This document shows, one piece after another, positions 20,400-31,266 of a DNA stretch of 32,000 nt; within the stretch, counting starts at the first letter, position 1, and each line of letters starts with the position of its first letter. This DNA is from Mycobacterium leprae TN (GTDB lineage: Bacteria > Actinomycetota > Actinomycetes > Mycobacteriales > Mycobacteriaceae). The translations under genes were made by a program, and so were the position numbers. A model generated the notes under the pieces. It ran no database searches. It saw nothing but the letters and a program-made list of their open reading frames with translations, and was not told where the DNA came from. Where the stretch lies: positions 2,670,001 through 2,702,000 of the forward strand of contig NC_002677.1 of NCBI RefSeq assembly GCF_000195855.1, given 5' to 3'.

Positions 20400-21800
20400 A
20401 ATGTCGCGCTGTCCGATCGCATCGTCGGACATAAGATCTGTCACCGTACACAATGTCGATGAAGTCGTCGAGGAGATTCGTCATGAGGACCGCCGCAAGG
20501 CAAGCGGCCGGCGTGTACCTCAACAGTTATGACCTACTACTGCGGTCCGGACTGCCCCAGACGACATTGCGATTGCGCCGGGCGAGCCGTTGGTGATCAC
20601 CGCAATTCTGGGAACAAGGCCTATTTCAACCCGCACGAGGCACGGCGTGCCGGGGTTGAACACAGACACGCCGGATCCTAAGGACGTTAAGTACGGCCGT
20701 GATAGCTCTGTTTGAACTCAGCGGCACGGCCGAGGAAGCTGGCGCGTGTTTCCATTGTTAGACGCTGCCATCGAACCCAGCGACTATCCGGCAATGCTGC
20801 GCGTCGAATGCACCCGATTCAACCGTGTGGGTCTGACCACATGTTCCGAGATGGTTTTCGACCCGGTGTTTCGACCGCTGGTTGAGCGACCGCGTGGCGA
20901 TCTAATGATCCTGCTGCGCAACTACGAATCTCTAATCCGCAGTTGTCCACCGACGCCGTCCCGGCGAGGGCGACAAAATGCTGCGCTAGGTGGGGATCAA
21001 TATCTGCTGGGTGTACAGCTCACCATGGGTTGGCACCATCACGTTGTCTTTATCTTGTCTTTAATCCTTATTTGGACACAGCCACGACCCGCGCCATTGG
21101 TGCGCCGGCGGGTTCTTACGGACACGCTAAACTACACCCGCGAACAGCTGGCTGAAATCGTCGGCGCCTACTTTCCGTTGGGTTGGCCACTAACCTGCCA
21201 TTTACTATAGTGATGTGATGCCAAAGTCGACACCATCTTCGACGTGTATGAGGAGATGCTGCGCCGACATCCGCGTCCCAACCATCGTTTTCGCCTCGAA
21301 CACGTCGGCACCATCCGGCCTAACCCATTGCAGCGTGCCGCCGCGCTGGTTGTCATCTGCAGCATAGTCATCGACCAAATCCACTACTAGTGGTGACTTC
21401 ATTATCGACATCCTGTTTTGGCCAGAGCGCGGATGTCTTTGGATTTAAGCAGGATCCACGGCAGCAACCAGTATGGGGATATCACTGCACAACGATCCAC
21501 ACCGTGACACCCGAAGAACCACTGAGCAACATCATTAGTGTGACGGCGACGCAGGTCGCGTCGAGAGCCCGGGTGTTGGACTCGGAGGAGCGGTTGACGG
21601 TCAACCAGGCAATCCGCGCACAGACGATCGATGCCGGCTGGCAGCTGTTCGTCGACGATGTGATCGCCTCGCTGGAGGTCGGCAAGTACGCTGACATGAT
21701 GGTGTTGTCAGCCGATCTGCGGACCGTGCCGCCCGAGCGGATCGCCGACTTCAAGGTGTGTGCGACGTTTCTGGCGGGTCGCCGGGTGTACCCGCAGTGA
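20400..21800 (+). pseudogene. metal-dependent amidohydrolase pseudogene (YtcJ-like / Rv0552-like)
   Basis: Plus-strand fragments: GNKAYFNPHEARRAGV; TPDPKDVKYGRDS; VFPLLDAAIEPSDYPAMLRVECTRFNRVGLTTCSEMVFDPVFRPLVE; YTREQLAEIVGAYFPLGWPLTCH; NHRFRLEHVGTIRPNPLQRAAAL; HNDPHRDTRRT; LTVNQAIRAQTIDAGWQLFVDDVIASLEVGKYADMMVLSADLRTVPPERI...FLAGRRVYPQ. Confidence 0.85.
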
Positions 21801-22801
21801 TTCCCACCCTGACGGAGTTGTTGGACCGGCTACATGTAGTGGCTCTGCCGATGCGGGTGCGCTTCCGCGGCATCACCACCCGCGAAGTGGCGCTGATCGA
21901 CGGCCCAGCAGGATGGGGAGAGTTCGGGGCCTTCCTCGAATACCAGCCCTTAGAGGCGTCCGCGTGGCTGGTGGCGGGCATTGAGGCCGCTTACGGTGAG
22001 CCACCGGAGGGTCGCCGTGACCGGATCCCGATCAACGCCACCGTGCCAGCCGTGTCCGCCACCCAGGTACCCGAGGTGCTTGCCCGCTTTCCTGGCGTGC
22101 GCACCGCCAAGGTTAAAGTGGCCGAGCCCGGACAAAACCTCGCCGACGATGTCGACCGGGTCAACGCGGTGCGGGAACTGGTGGAAACCGTGCGAGTAGA
22201 CGCTAATGGTGGCTGGAGCGTCGAGGCGGCGGCCCAGGCGGCCGTTGCCCTGACCGCCGACGGCCCGCTAGAGTACTTAGAACAACCGTGTGCCACAGTC
22301 GCCGAGCTCGCCGCGCTGCGCCGCCGGGTCGACATACCGATCGCTGCTGACGAAAGCATCCGCAAGGCCGACGACCCGTTGGCGGTGGTCCGCTCGCACG
22401 CTGCCGACGTTGCAGTGCTGAAAGTCGCGCCGCTGGGCGGGATTGCATCGTTCCTGGCTATCGCAGCGCAGATCGATATCCCGGTGGTGGTTTCCAGCGC
22501 GCTAGATTCGGTGGTCGGGATCACCGCCGGACTGATCGCCGCCGCGGCCCTACCCGAACTCGACTACGCCTGCGGGCTGGGCACCGGCAGGCTGTTCGTC
22601 GCAGACGTCGCCGAACCTATGCTGCCTGTCGATGGTTTCCTTCCGGTCGGACCGGTAACGCCTGACCCAGCGCGGCTGCAGGCGCTGGGCACGCCGCCTG
22701 CCCGACGGCAGTGGTGGATCGACCGAGTCAAGACCTGCTACTCGCTGCTTGTACCGTGTGCAGGTGATCAATCTGGCTTACGAAGACCGCGGGACCGGTG
22801 A
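21797..22801 (+). CDS. menC: o-succinylbenzoate synthase
   Basis: In-frame GTG at 21797 (the track ORF extends to 21758). Enolase-superfamily motifs: RVRFRGITTREVALIDGPAGWGEFGAFLEY, AKVKVAEPG, VRVDANGGWS, EYLEQPC, PIAADESIRKADDP, VLKVAPLGGI, VVVSSALDSVVGI. Confidence 0.93.
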   Translation: MIPTLTELLDRLHVVALPMRVRFRGITTREVALIDGPAGWGEFGAFLEYQPLEASAWLVAGIEAAYGEPPEGRRDRIPINATVPAVSATQVPEVLARFPGVRTAKVKVAEPGQNLADDVDRVNAVRELVETVRVDANGGWSVEAAAQAAVALTADGPLEYLEQPCATVAELAALRRRVDIPIAADESIRKADDPLAVVRSHAADVAVLKVAPLGGIASFLAIAAQIDIPVVVSSALDSVVGITAGLIAAAALPELDYACGLGTGRLFVADVAEPMLPVDGFLPVGPVTPDPARLQALGTPPARRQWWIDRVKTCYSLLVPCAGDQSGLRRPRDR

Positions 22802-23561
22802 ACCTGTTGTTTTCATCGCTGGCCGTGGCGGCGCAGGACGCACCTGGCAACCGCATCAAGTCCCGGCATTCTTGGCGGCCGGCTATCGCGTCATCACCTT
22901 CGACAATCGCGGAATCGGCGCCACAGAAAATACCGAAGGTTTCACAACGCAAACCATGGTCGCTGACACCGCGGTACTGATCGAATCCCTGGGCGCGGTC
23001 CCAGCGCGCATCGTTGGGGTGTCGATGGGCTCATTCATCGCCCAAGAGCTCATGGTTGCCCGCCCCGAACTGGTCAGAGCTGCCGTGCTGATGGCCACCC
23101 GTGGCCGGCTGGACCGCACCCGCCAGTTCTTTCACGCCGCCGAAGCCGAGTTCCATGACTCCGGCATCCAGTTGCCATCAGGCTACAATGCAAAAGTTCG
23201 TTTGCTGGAAAACTTGTCACGCAAAACACTCAATGATGACGTGGCCGTAGCCGACTGGATAGCCATGTTTAACATGTGGCCGATCAAGTCCACCCCGGGA
23301 CTGCGTTGTCAAACGGATGTCGCCCCGCAGAACAACCGGTTACCGGCCTACCGAAGCATCGCCGCGCCGGTGTTGGTGATTGGCTTCGCCGAAGACGTAG
23401 TGACACCACCGTCTCTGGGACGAGAGGTCGCCGACGTCCTGCCTAACGGCCGCTACCTGCAGATACCAGATGCTGGTCATCTTGGGTTTTTCGAGCGTCC
23501 GGAAGCCGTCAACGCCGCAGCGCTGCAGTTTTTCGCTGGCGTCAAAGGCGAGTGGCCTTAG
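22749..23561 (+). CDS. bpoC: alpha/beta hydrolase, BpoC-like (peroxidase/esterase family)
   Basis: 270-aa ORF: VVFIAGRGGAGRTWQPHQVPAFLAAGYRVITFDNRGIGATENTEGFTTQTMVADTAVLIESLGAVPARIVGVSMGSFIAQELM (GxSxG nucleophile elbow) and IPDAGHLGFFERPEAVN. The true start may be an internal GTG (VINLAYED...). Confidence 0.9.
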   Translation: MYRVQVINLAYEDRGTGEPVVFIAGRGGAGRTWQPHQVPAFLAAGYRVITFDNRGIGATENTEGFTTQTMVADTAVLIESLGAVPARIVGVSMGSFIAQELMVARPELVRAAVLMATRGRLDRTRQFFHAAEAEFHDSGIQLPSGYNAKVRLLENLSRKTLNDDVAVADWIAMFNMWPIKSTPGLRCQTDVAPQNNRLPAYRSIAAPVLVIGFAEDVVTPPSLGREVADVLPNGRYLQIPDAGHLGFFERPEAVNAAALQFFAGVKGEWP

Positions 23562-23804
23562 ACGTGGCCAGAGCGCATCGGGCACCGTGGCGGGTACCCT
23601 CATCCGCTGCTAAACGTCACAAACCATCGCTTAACAGGCCTGCACGGGGACGCTTGTACACTTTCGAGTTTCTTTAAATCGGTCTCAGAGCCAAACTGAG
23701 ACCGCGGTCCGGATCACCCCGTCGTCAAGCCCCTCGCTATGAGGGAAGAGCTTTAGCTAAGCCGCGCCGGCCGCATTGTTGCCGGGCTATGACACCCTGT
23801 ACGG

Positions 23805-25475
23805 ATGAACCCCTCGACGACACAGGCTCGCGTCGTCGTTGACGAGCTGATCCGCGGCGGCGTCCGCGATGTAGTGCTGTGCCCCGGGTCGCGAAACGCC
23901 CCGTTGGCATTCGCCCTGCAAGACGCCGACCACGCCGGCCGGATACGGCTGCACGTACGCATTGACGAGCGCACCGCCGGGTATCTGGCTATCGGGCTGG
24001 CGGTCGCCGCGGGCGCGCCGGTGTGTGTGGCGATGACCTCGGGCACTGCCGTCGCCAACCTTGGCCCAGCGGTGGTCGAAGCCAACTATGCCCGGGTGCC
24101 ACTGATCGTGTTATCGGCCAACCGGCCTTATGAATTGCTCGGCACAGGGGCCAACCAGACCATGGAGCAGCTGGGCTACTTCGGCACCCAAGTTCGTGCC
24201 GCCATCAGCCTAGGCCTAGCAGAGGACGCGCCGGAGCGGCTCGATTCACTCAACGCAACCTGGCGATCGGCCACCTGCCGAGTATTGGTGGCTGCCACCG
24301 GTTCTCGTACCGCCAACGCCGGCCCCGTGCAGTTCGACATCCCACTGCGCGAGCCTTTAATACCCGACCCGGAACCCCACGGCGCCATCACACCGCAGGG
24401 CCGGCCCGGCGGAAAGCCGTGGACCTACATACCGCAGGTGACGTTCGACCAGCCGCTGGAAATCGACTTGTCAGCCGACACCGTCGTCATCGCCGGGCAC
24501 GGTGCAGGCGTGCACCCGAACCTGACCGAATTGCCGATCGTTGCTGAGCCGACCGCGCCATTTGGACCGTACCGGCCCTACCCGTTGCACCCCCTAGCGC
24601 TGCCTCTGCTGCACCCGAAGCAGGTGATCATGCTCGGTCGCCCGACACTGCACCGCCCGGTGTCGGCGCTACTGGCCGACCCACAAGTGCCGGTGTACGC
24701 GCTTACCACTGGGCCGTGTTGGCCGGACGTCTCGGGCAATTCTCAGGCCGCTGGTACTCGGGCGGTAACCACCGGGACACCGCATCCGGCCTGGCTGCAG
24801 CGCTGTGCGGAGATGAACCAGCACGCGATCTCGACGGTGCGCAGCCAGCTCGCGGCTCATCCGTTAATCACGGGTTTGCATGTCGCTGCAGCTGTGGCAG
24901 ATGCACTACGGCCCGGTGACCAACTGGTGCTTGGGGCGTCCAACCCGGTGCGCGACATGGCGTTGGTTGGTTTGTCCACTGACGGTATTCAGGTGCGGTC
25001 CAACCGCGGCGTCGCTGGCATCGACGGCACCGTATCCACCGCGATCGGGGCGGCGCTAGCATATGAACGATCCCCCGGCTACGCTGGTAGCACAGACCGC
25101 CCGGCTCGTACCGTAGCATTAATCGGAGACCTCGCATTCGTCCATGACAGCTCGGGGCTGTTGATCGGCCCCACCGAACCCACACCGCAGCAGCTGAAAA
25201 TCGTAGTGTCTAACGACAACGGTGGGGGTATCTTCGAACTGCTGGAGCAAGGCGACCCGAGGTTGTCTGCCGTATCGTCGCGCATCTTCGGTACTCCGCA
25301 CGACGTCGACGTAGGAGCGTTGTGTCGCGCGTACCACGTGGAAGGTCGACAGATCGAGGTCGACAAGCTGCGGGAAGCCCTCGACGAACCCGGTGTTGGC
25401 ATGCGCGTGCTGGAAGTCAAGGCCGACCGATCTTCGCTGCGCCAGTTGCATGCAGCAATCACGGCAACATTGTGA
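23805..25475 (+). CDS. menD: 2-succinyl-5-enolpyruvyl-6-hydroxy-3-cyclohexene-1-carboxylate synthase
   Basis: 556-aa ThDP-dependent enzyme: [137 protein letters not shown]. Confidence 0.97.
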
Positions 25476-25493
25476 GGTTGCTATTATGAGGTA

Positions 25494-26030
25494 TTGTCAA
25501 CTGTGATATTGTCGAAGTCGTTGCTGCGCATCCTTATTCATGGTCGCAGCGACGAACCGCCCAGTACTCGTGCCAGAGTTATCATGCGATGGGGGCGGAT
25601 TGCGGTGCTGATCGTGACCGGTTTGATCACGCTGCAATCGGTGCTGCTTGTGGCCGGCGCTTGGCGCAATGACCTGACGATCCAACACAATATGGGGGTC
25701 GCGCAAGCGGAAGTACTTAGCGCTGGGCCGCGGCGCTCAACGATCGAGTTCGTCACCCCCGAGCGCGTCACCTACCGACCAGAACTCGGTGTATTATATC
25801 TCTCTGAGTTGTCCACAGGCATGCGGATTTACGTTGAATACAACAAGAATGATCCGAACCTGGTCCGCGTGCGGCACCGCAACGCCGGACTGGCGATTAT
25901 CCCGGCCGGGTCTATCGCGGTAGTGTGTTGGCTGGCTGCGACTGTCGTGCTAGTCGCTTTGGCAGTGCTGGACAAAAGGTTGGACCGTCACACCGAATCG
26001 AGTGCTGTGCCGAGCCAACCAACTTCCTAA
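25494..26030 (+). CDS. conserved membrane protein (Rv0556-like)
   Basis: 178-aa ORF with two TM segments (IAVLIVTGLITLQSVLLVAGAW and LAIIPAGSIAVVCWLAATVVLVALAVL), just downstream of menD in the same orientation. Confidence 0.85.
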   Translation: MSTVILSKSLLRILIHGRSDEPPSTRARVIMRWGRIAVLIVTGLITLQSVLLVAGAWRNDLTIQHNMGVAQAEVLSAGPRRSTIEFVTPERVTYRPELGVLYLSELSTGMRIYVEYNKNDPNLVRVRHRNAGLAIIPAGSIAVVCWLAATVVLVALAVLDKRLDRHTESSAVPSQPTS

Positions 26031-26159
26031 GGTGCCCAACCGGCAGATTTCACATGAGATACGCCCGTAGGTAACTGTGTCGAAAGCCGGCGCTGACACT
26101 GATGAACACGGTAGTGGTGTGCGCGTTACTCTCATCTCATCTCCGAGTAGTTCCTCCCG

Positions 26160-27175
26160 CATGTCAACGGTTTTAGCAACCCAATGATTCGGATTCTCGA
26201 ACATTTGCGTGGAACCTGGCATAAAAACTCGGGTGATAGGCACCCCGATACCCCCGTCGGATGGCACACCGCGCAGAGCGAATTCACGACGGCATTCGGG
26301 TGCACCGGGTGCCATCACGAATGTTTTCGAAAGTAAACCACGTTGCTGCTAGGCTTGCCGATGCCTCGACTGGTCGGCGTACTGCGCGGATTCGATCATC
26401 CGGACGTGGGGTGCATCTAACGTCTCCGACGCTACTAGGTCATGGCGGAATACGGGCCGCTCGTCGTCTTGATGTGCCGACAATCGTCGATATACCAAAC
26501 CGACGTCTCGAGTTTCGTATCGAATTACGGAATTCCGATCCCGACACGGGCGGCGTAGGCATGGTTCCGTCATCTTCACAGCCTTGCCAACCGCACCCCG
26601 GCGCCGTTAATTGCGACTATGGAATCCCATGTTAACAATCCGTATTCAGCGGGTATATTCGGTGTGCGTGCGGAGGTCGACATGTTTTGGTTCGCGCCGT
26701 TTGGTGCGCAACTAAGAACTCAGGCAGCAGTTGATCACTGCACGACAAGCCCATCGTTGGCTTTGTGAACCGGATAGCGCTGGAAATACAGGTTGAACAG
26801 CTCCCACGGCACTGTCAGCTAGCGATACCCGGCCGCTCGGCGTCGTCGACTACGGCCTCGACCAACGCAAACTGCAATCAACAATGCCCACAGCGGTTTT
26901 AACTGGTGCGTTGTATGGCGATGAGCTCGCCGCTGCGTATGCCAGTATGGATATATTAGTGCATACCGATGAGCACGAGATGCTTTGCGAAATTGTGCAG
27001 AAAGCTTTGGCGTCAGGGCTGTCGGTAGTCATCTCCGACGCCGGCAGGCCACGCAACCTGGTCATCCCGTGCTGCGCCGTACTGCTGCCCACCGCTGTTG
27101 CCCATCTGGTCGCAGAACGCCACAGCTACTCACCAGCTTCCCGGCATAGTGTGCTCTGGCCGGTCATACGTAAGT
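26160..27175 (+). pseudogene. mgtA: glycosyltransferase family 4 (mannosyltransferase MgtA/Rv0557-like) pseudogene
   Basis: Shifted plus-strand fragments in the expected order: [117 protein letters not shown]. Confidence 0.9.
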
Positions 27176-27306
27176 AGCTGCTTGGCCATTACCAGGAAGT
27201 ACGAGGCAGACTCGGGGCTCGGGCCTCCTAGTTAGAATCGCAAGCGCGGCGACATCGGGCACAGCGAGTCATCACAATCGATTTGCCTCCCGGTAGCGTC
27301 GACGTC

Positions 27307-27999
27307 GTGAGTCGCGCTGCCCTGGACAAGGACCCCCGGGATGTCGTAGCGATGTTCGACGACGTCGCCCACCGATACGATCTGACCAACACTGTGCTGT
27401 CGCTGGGTCAAGATCGGTACTGGCGACGAGCCACGCGGTCGGCGCTGCGGATTGGGCCCGGGCAGAAAGTGCTGGACCTGGCCGCAGGCACGGCGGTGTC
27501 CACAGCGGAACTGAGTAAATCCGGCGCCTGGTGTGTGGCTGCGGATTTTTCGGTCAGGATGCTAGCAACCGGCGGTGCGCGAAAGGTACCTAAGGTGGCC
27601 GCAGATGCCACCCAACTTCCCTTTAGCGATGGTGTATTCGATGCAGTCACTATCAGTTTCGGGTTGCGCAATATCGCCGACTATCAGGCGGCGCTGCGCG
27701 AGATGGCCCGCGTCACCCGGCCCGGCGGTCAATTAGTAGTGTGCGAGTTCTCCACACCCACCAATGCGCTGGTCGCCAATGTCTACACGGAATACCTGAT
27801 GCGGGCACTGCCGCAAGTGGCGCGACTGGTGTCTAGTAATCCCGATGCCTACATCTACTTGGCGGAGTCCATCAGAGCCTGGCCCGATCAGGTTACGCTG
27901 GCCTGCCAGCTGTCGCGGACCGGTTGGGCGTCGCCGCGCTGGCGTAACCTCACCGGCGGAATTGTGGCTTTGCATGCAGCAGATAAGCCGGTGCGGTAA
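27307..27999 (+). CDS. menG: demethylmenaquinone/2-heptaprenyl-1,4-naphthoquinone methyltransferase (UbiE/MenG family)
   Basis: [43 protein letters not shown]...[19 protein letters not shown]...[55 protein letters not shown] at 27307 is the likely start; the track ORF starts at 27283. Confidence 0.93.
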
Positions 28000-28016
28000 G
28001 CCGACCTGAAGAAAAC

Positions 28017-28355
28017 CTAGCGAGCGCCGGCACGTTGCAGGATGCCTATTTGGTTAGGGCAATAGTGATTGATCGCGGCGCCCAGGAACTGCAATGATTG
28101 CCCCTCCGTGGTGTATAGCGGCAGATTACGCTGGATGAAGGTGGCCGACTTATTGACATCCCCGTCTACGCCCTTAGCCAGTCGCTGGCAGGCGATCTTG
28201 CCCAGCCACGCGTTGTAGTCCTGTGCGCCGTAAATGCCGTAGCTGTGGAGCTGTGCGTTGAACGGGGCGTCGTAGTCGTCGGCCAGGGCCGGTGCAGCCA
28301 GTACGGTAGCGGCGGCCGCCATCGCAACGTTAGCGGCTAGGCCAGTGCCCTTCAT
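28017..28355 (-). CDS. small secreted protein (Rv0559c-like)
   Basis: 112-aa reading from MKGTGLAANVAMAAAATVLAAPALADDYDAPFNAQLHSYGIYGAQDYNAWLGKIACQRLAKG...LGAAINHYCPNQ, with signal peptide and paired cysteines. The ORF track start at 28415 is further upstream. Confidence 0.88.
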   Translation of the reverse strand: MKGTGLAANVAMAAAATVLAAPALADDYDAPFNAQLHSYGIYGAQDYNAWLGKIACQRLAKGVDGDVNKSATFIQRNLPLYTTEGQSLQFLGAAINHYCPNQIGILQRAGAR

Positions 28356-28906
28356 AAGCCGGATGATATACTTAGCCGCTTCATCAGCACAGATGCACCG
28401 ATAGCAGCCAACCACCGATCGACACTAGCCGGTTGGGTTCTTCACGCAGCTCAACGCCAGGCATCCCGAAAAAGTCCTTCGGCGCTTTGGCGTACAGGCA
28501 GGCCAACCTGGTCTCGTCGACGACCAGGTACGGACATCACCTAACGCAGCTCGTCTTCGGTTATCGCATTGATCGGGCCTGCCAAGTATCGCCGCCTTGT
28601 CAAAGAACAGCGCAAAGCATTGCAGCACTCGGTGCTGCAATGCGGCGTATCGACTGCTAGTAGCCCTCACAAGCCTCGACCGGGATCGAGTGGATCAAGC
28701 CCTGCTATCCAGGATAGAATATTACCGAACCTGCTGGCTGATCCTAGTCAGTAGCAAGTGAAATCATTGAGGTGAGGTCAGCCACCTCGAAGTTAAATCG
28801 TGGTCAGACCTCGCTACCCGGCCTCCCGTGGTCATGACCCCATGTATATCGACCGCTCTGGCATATGCCAATGCAATTGTTATTGCGAGAGAAGGGCAAA
28901 ATTGGA

Positions 28907-30133
28907 CTAGCTGAACGGTGGTCGGCGATCGACGAGCCATGATGCCCACCCGCCGCTTCGCCACACCCGCGCCACCCAGTCGGCATCGTCGTCGGTGACC
29001 AGATTGGCCATCACCCGCACGGCTATGGTTATCAGTGAAGTAGAGCGCATCGCGCTCGGACCGATCGCGGGCAGACACCGTTTGAAGGTCAGCAACAACG
29101 CCAGCCGGCGTGCGACCGAAAATCCGCGACCATAATGCTGCTGCAGCAGCGAAGGCCACACGTACGACAAATCGCGCAAGTCCAGCAGCTCGGCGGCCAG
29201 CCGGCCTGTTTCTAGACCGTAGTCAATGCCTTCGCCGTTGAGCGGGTTGACGCACGCTGCAGCATCACCGATGAGCATCCAGTTTGGTCCGGCTACTCCG
29301 GAAACAGCGCCCCCCATCGGCAACAACGCCGACGAGACCGCCCGCGGTTGGCCGGAAAAGCCCCACTCGTGACGGCGTAGATCTGTATAGTACGAGATCA
29401 GCGATCGCAACGCCAGGTCGGCTGGCCGCTTTGATGTCGACAACGCTCCAACGCCGATATTCACCTCGCCGTTGCCCAGCGGGAAAATCCAGCCGTATCC
29501 AGGCAGCACGGCTCCGTCGGGGGAACGTAGTTCCAGATGCGATGTCAGCCAGAGGTCGTCGCTGCGCGGAGTGGTCAGGTACCCACGGGCAGCAACGCCG
29601 TACACGGTCTTTTGATGCCAGCTCCGGCCTAGCTTGCGACCCAGCGGAGACCGGGCCCCGTCGGCAATAATTAACTGGCGGCAGCCAACCTCGGTGCCGT
29701 CGGCCAACGTCACTGATGCTGCCCGTCTCGATGAATCATGGTAAACCGAGACAGCTTTAGTCCCGAGCAACATGCGGGCCCCGGAATTCTCGGCGACCTT
29801 ACGTATCCGGTCATCTAATTCTAGTCGTGGCACCGCACTGCTGGTTGACGGGAACGACGGGCCGGGCCAATCCACTTCCACTTCGCCGCCAAAGCCGCTC
29901 ATTCGTAGACCGCGATGTCGGATGCGGGTATTTAGCCAGTCGTCCAGCCCTAGCCGTTTCAGCTCAGCGACCGCGCGCGGAGTCAACCCGTCACCGCAGG
30001 CCTTGTCTCGAGGAAAGCAAACCGAATCGATGACGATTACATCATTACCGGCGCGTGCCGCCCAGGTGGCTGCAGCTGACCCCGCTGGTCCGGCGCCCAC
30101 CACTACCACGTCTGCGCTAGTCTCCACCCTCAC
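28907..30133 (-). CDS. menJ: FAD-dependent geranylgeranyl-reductase-family oxidoreductase (menaquinone reductase, Rv0561c/MenJ-like)
   Basis: Dinucleotide-binding motif ADVVVVGAGPAGSAAATWAARAG, CGDGLTPRAVAELKRLGL, ANWMLIGDAAACVNPLNGEGIDYGLETGRLAAELL. GTG candidates lie at 30133 and 30127; the track ORF starts at 30241. Confidence 0.92.
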   Translation of the reverse strand: MRVETSADVVVVGAGPAGSAAATWAARAGNDVIVIDSVCFPRDKACGDGLTPRAVAELKRLGLDDWLNTRIRHRGLRMSGFGGEVEVDWPGPSFPSTSSAVPRLELDDRIRKVAENSGARMLLGTKAVSVYHDSSRRAASVTLADGTEVGCRQLIIADGARSPLGRKLGRSWHQKTVYGVAARGYLTTPRSDDLWLTSHLELRSPDGAVLPGYGWIFPLGNGEVNIGVGALSTSKRPADLALRSLISYYTDLRRHEWGFSGQPRAVSSALLPMGGAVSGVAGPNWMLIGDAAACVNPLNGEGIDYGLETGRLAAELLDLRDLSYVWPSLLQQHYGRGFSVARRLALLLTFKRCLPAIGPSAMRSTSLITIAVRVMANLVTDDDADWVARVWRSGGWASWLVDRRPPFS

Positions 30134-30148
30134 TAGTATGTTGGTTGG

Positions 30149-31156
30149 ATGACGACTACGCCGATGGTGGTAGCGGGCATTAATTTCGGAGACGCTGCGT
30201 TTGCGGCGACTGTACAAGACAGGGTAGTGAGGATCGAGCAACTCATGGATGCCGAGTTGCGAGACACGGACGAGGTGATGACCGAGTCAGTACTACACTT
30301 GTTCGCAGCCGGTGGTAAGCGGTTCCGACCGCTGTTTACAGTGCTATCCGCCCAGATCGGACCCCGGCCCGACGCTCCAGAAGTTATAATAGCCGGTGCG
30401 GTCATTGAACTGGTCCACCTAGCGTCGCTTTACCACGACGACGTGATGGACGAGGCCGAGGTCCGGCGCGGGGCGCCCAGTGCCAACCTGCGATGGAGTA
30501 ACAGCGTTGCCATTCTTGCCGGCGATTATCTATTTGCTACGGCGTCGCGGTTGGTATCACAGCTTGGACTGGATGCTGTGCGGATTATCGCTGACACGTT
30601 TGCCCAGCTGGTGACCGGGCAGATGCGCGAAACCCGCGGTGTGCCGGAAGGTGCAGATTCGATCGAGCAGTACCTGAAGGTGGTGTATGAAAAAACGGGT
30701 TGTCTGATCGGCTCGGCTGGTCGGCTTGGTGGTTTGTTTGCTGGCGCACACGCCGAGCAGGTCGAGCGGCTGAGCCGACTCGGGAGCATCGTGGGCACCG
30801 CGTTTCAGATTTCCGACGACATCATCGATATCGACAGCGACTACACCAAGTCCGGCAAGCTTCCCGGCACAGATGTGCGTGAAGGCGTGCGCACTTTACC
30901 GATACTCTATGCGCTGCGTGAGACCGGGCCCGATAGCGAGCGGCTACGAGCACTGTTGGCCGGACCCGTCGACAACGACGCAGAGGTAGTCGAAGCACTA
31001 GCGCTGTTGCGGGCGTCGCCCGGGATGGCGAGGGCCAGGCAAGTGTTGGCGCATTACGCGGACCAGGCCAGTGGCGAGCTGGCTCAGTTGCCCGACGGCC
31101 CCAGTCGGGATGCGCTGGCGACTCTGGTCGACTACACAACCAACCGGCACGGTTAG
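30149..31156 (+). CDS. grcC1: polyprenyl diphosphate synthase (Rv0562/grcC1-like)
   Basis: 335-aa ORF with both aspartate-rich motifs (LYHDDVMDEA and ISDDIIDID), GGKRFRPLF and TGQMRETRG. Confidence 0.94.
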   Translation: MTTTPMVVAGINFGDAAFAATVQDRVVRIEQLMDAELRDTDEVMTESVLHLFAAGGKRFRPLFTVLSAQIGPRPDAPEVIIAGAVIELVHLASLYHDDVMDEAEVRRGAPSANLRWSNSVAILAGDYLFATASRLVSQLGLDAVRIIADTFAQLVTGQMRETRGVPEGADSIEQYLKVVYEKTGCLIGSAGRLGGLFAGAHAEQVERLSRLGSIVGTAFQISDDIIDIDSDYTKSGKLPGTDVREGVRTLPILYALRETGPDSERLRALLAGPVDNDAEVVEALALLRASPGMARARQVLAHYADQASGELAQLPDGPSRDALATLVDYTTNRHG

Positions 31157-31252
31157 AGCGCAGGCAACTCCTGGGTCGCGGAACCCGCAGGGTTGTCCTG
31201 GGCGTTAAATTGTCAGTAGTCCGCAAGAACCGTTGTGTGTCGAAACCTTTGC

Positions 31253-31259
31253 AAGGAGG
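31253..31259 (+). promoter_or_regulatory. Shine-Dalgarno sequence (AAGGAGG) of htpX
   Basis: AAGGAGG at 31253-31259, 7 nt before ATG at 31267. Confidence 0.8.
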
Positions 31260-31266
31260 ACACTGA

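Noticed and set aside
21991-22524. 177-aa minus-strand ORF opposite menC
   Set aside because: Ser/Thr/Ala-rich antisense frame typical of GC-rich DNA opposite a real gene.
25079-25462. 127-aa and 110-aa minus-strand ORFs opposite the menD 3' end
   Set aside because: Antisense shadow of menD with no independent coding evidence.
28425-28800. Possible Rv0560c-like methyltransferase remnant between the Rv0559c-like gene and menJ
   Set aside because: Expected by synteny, but I could not recover a convincing SAM-methyltransferase motif. Needs a frame-tolerant search.
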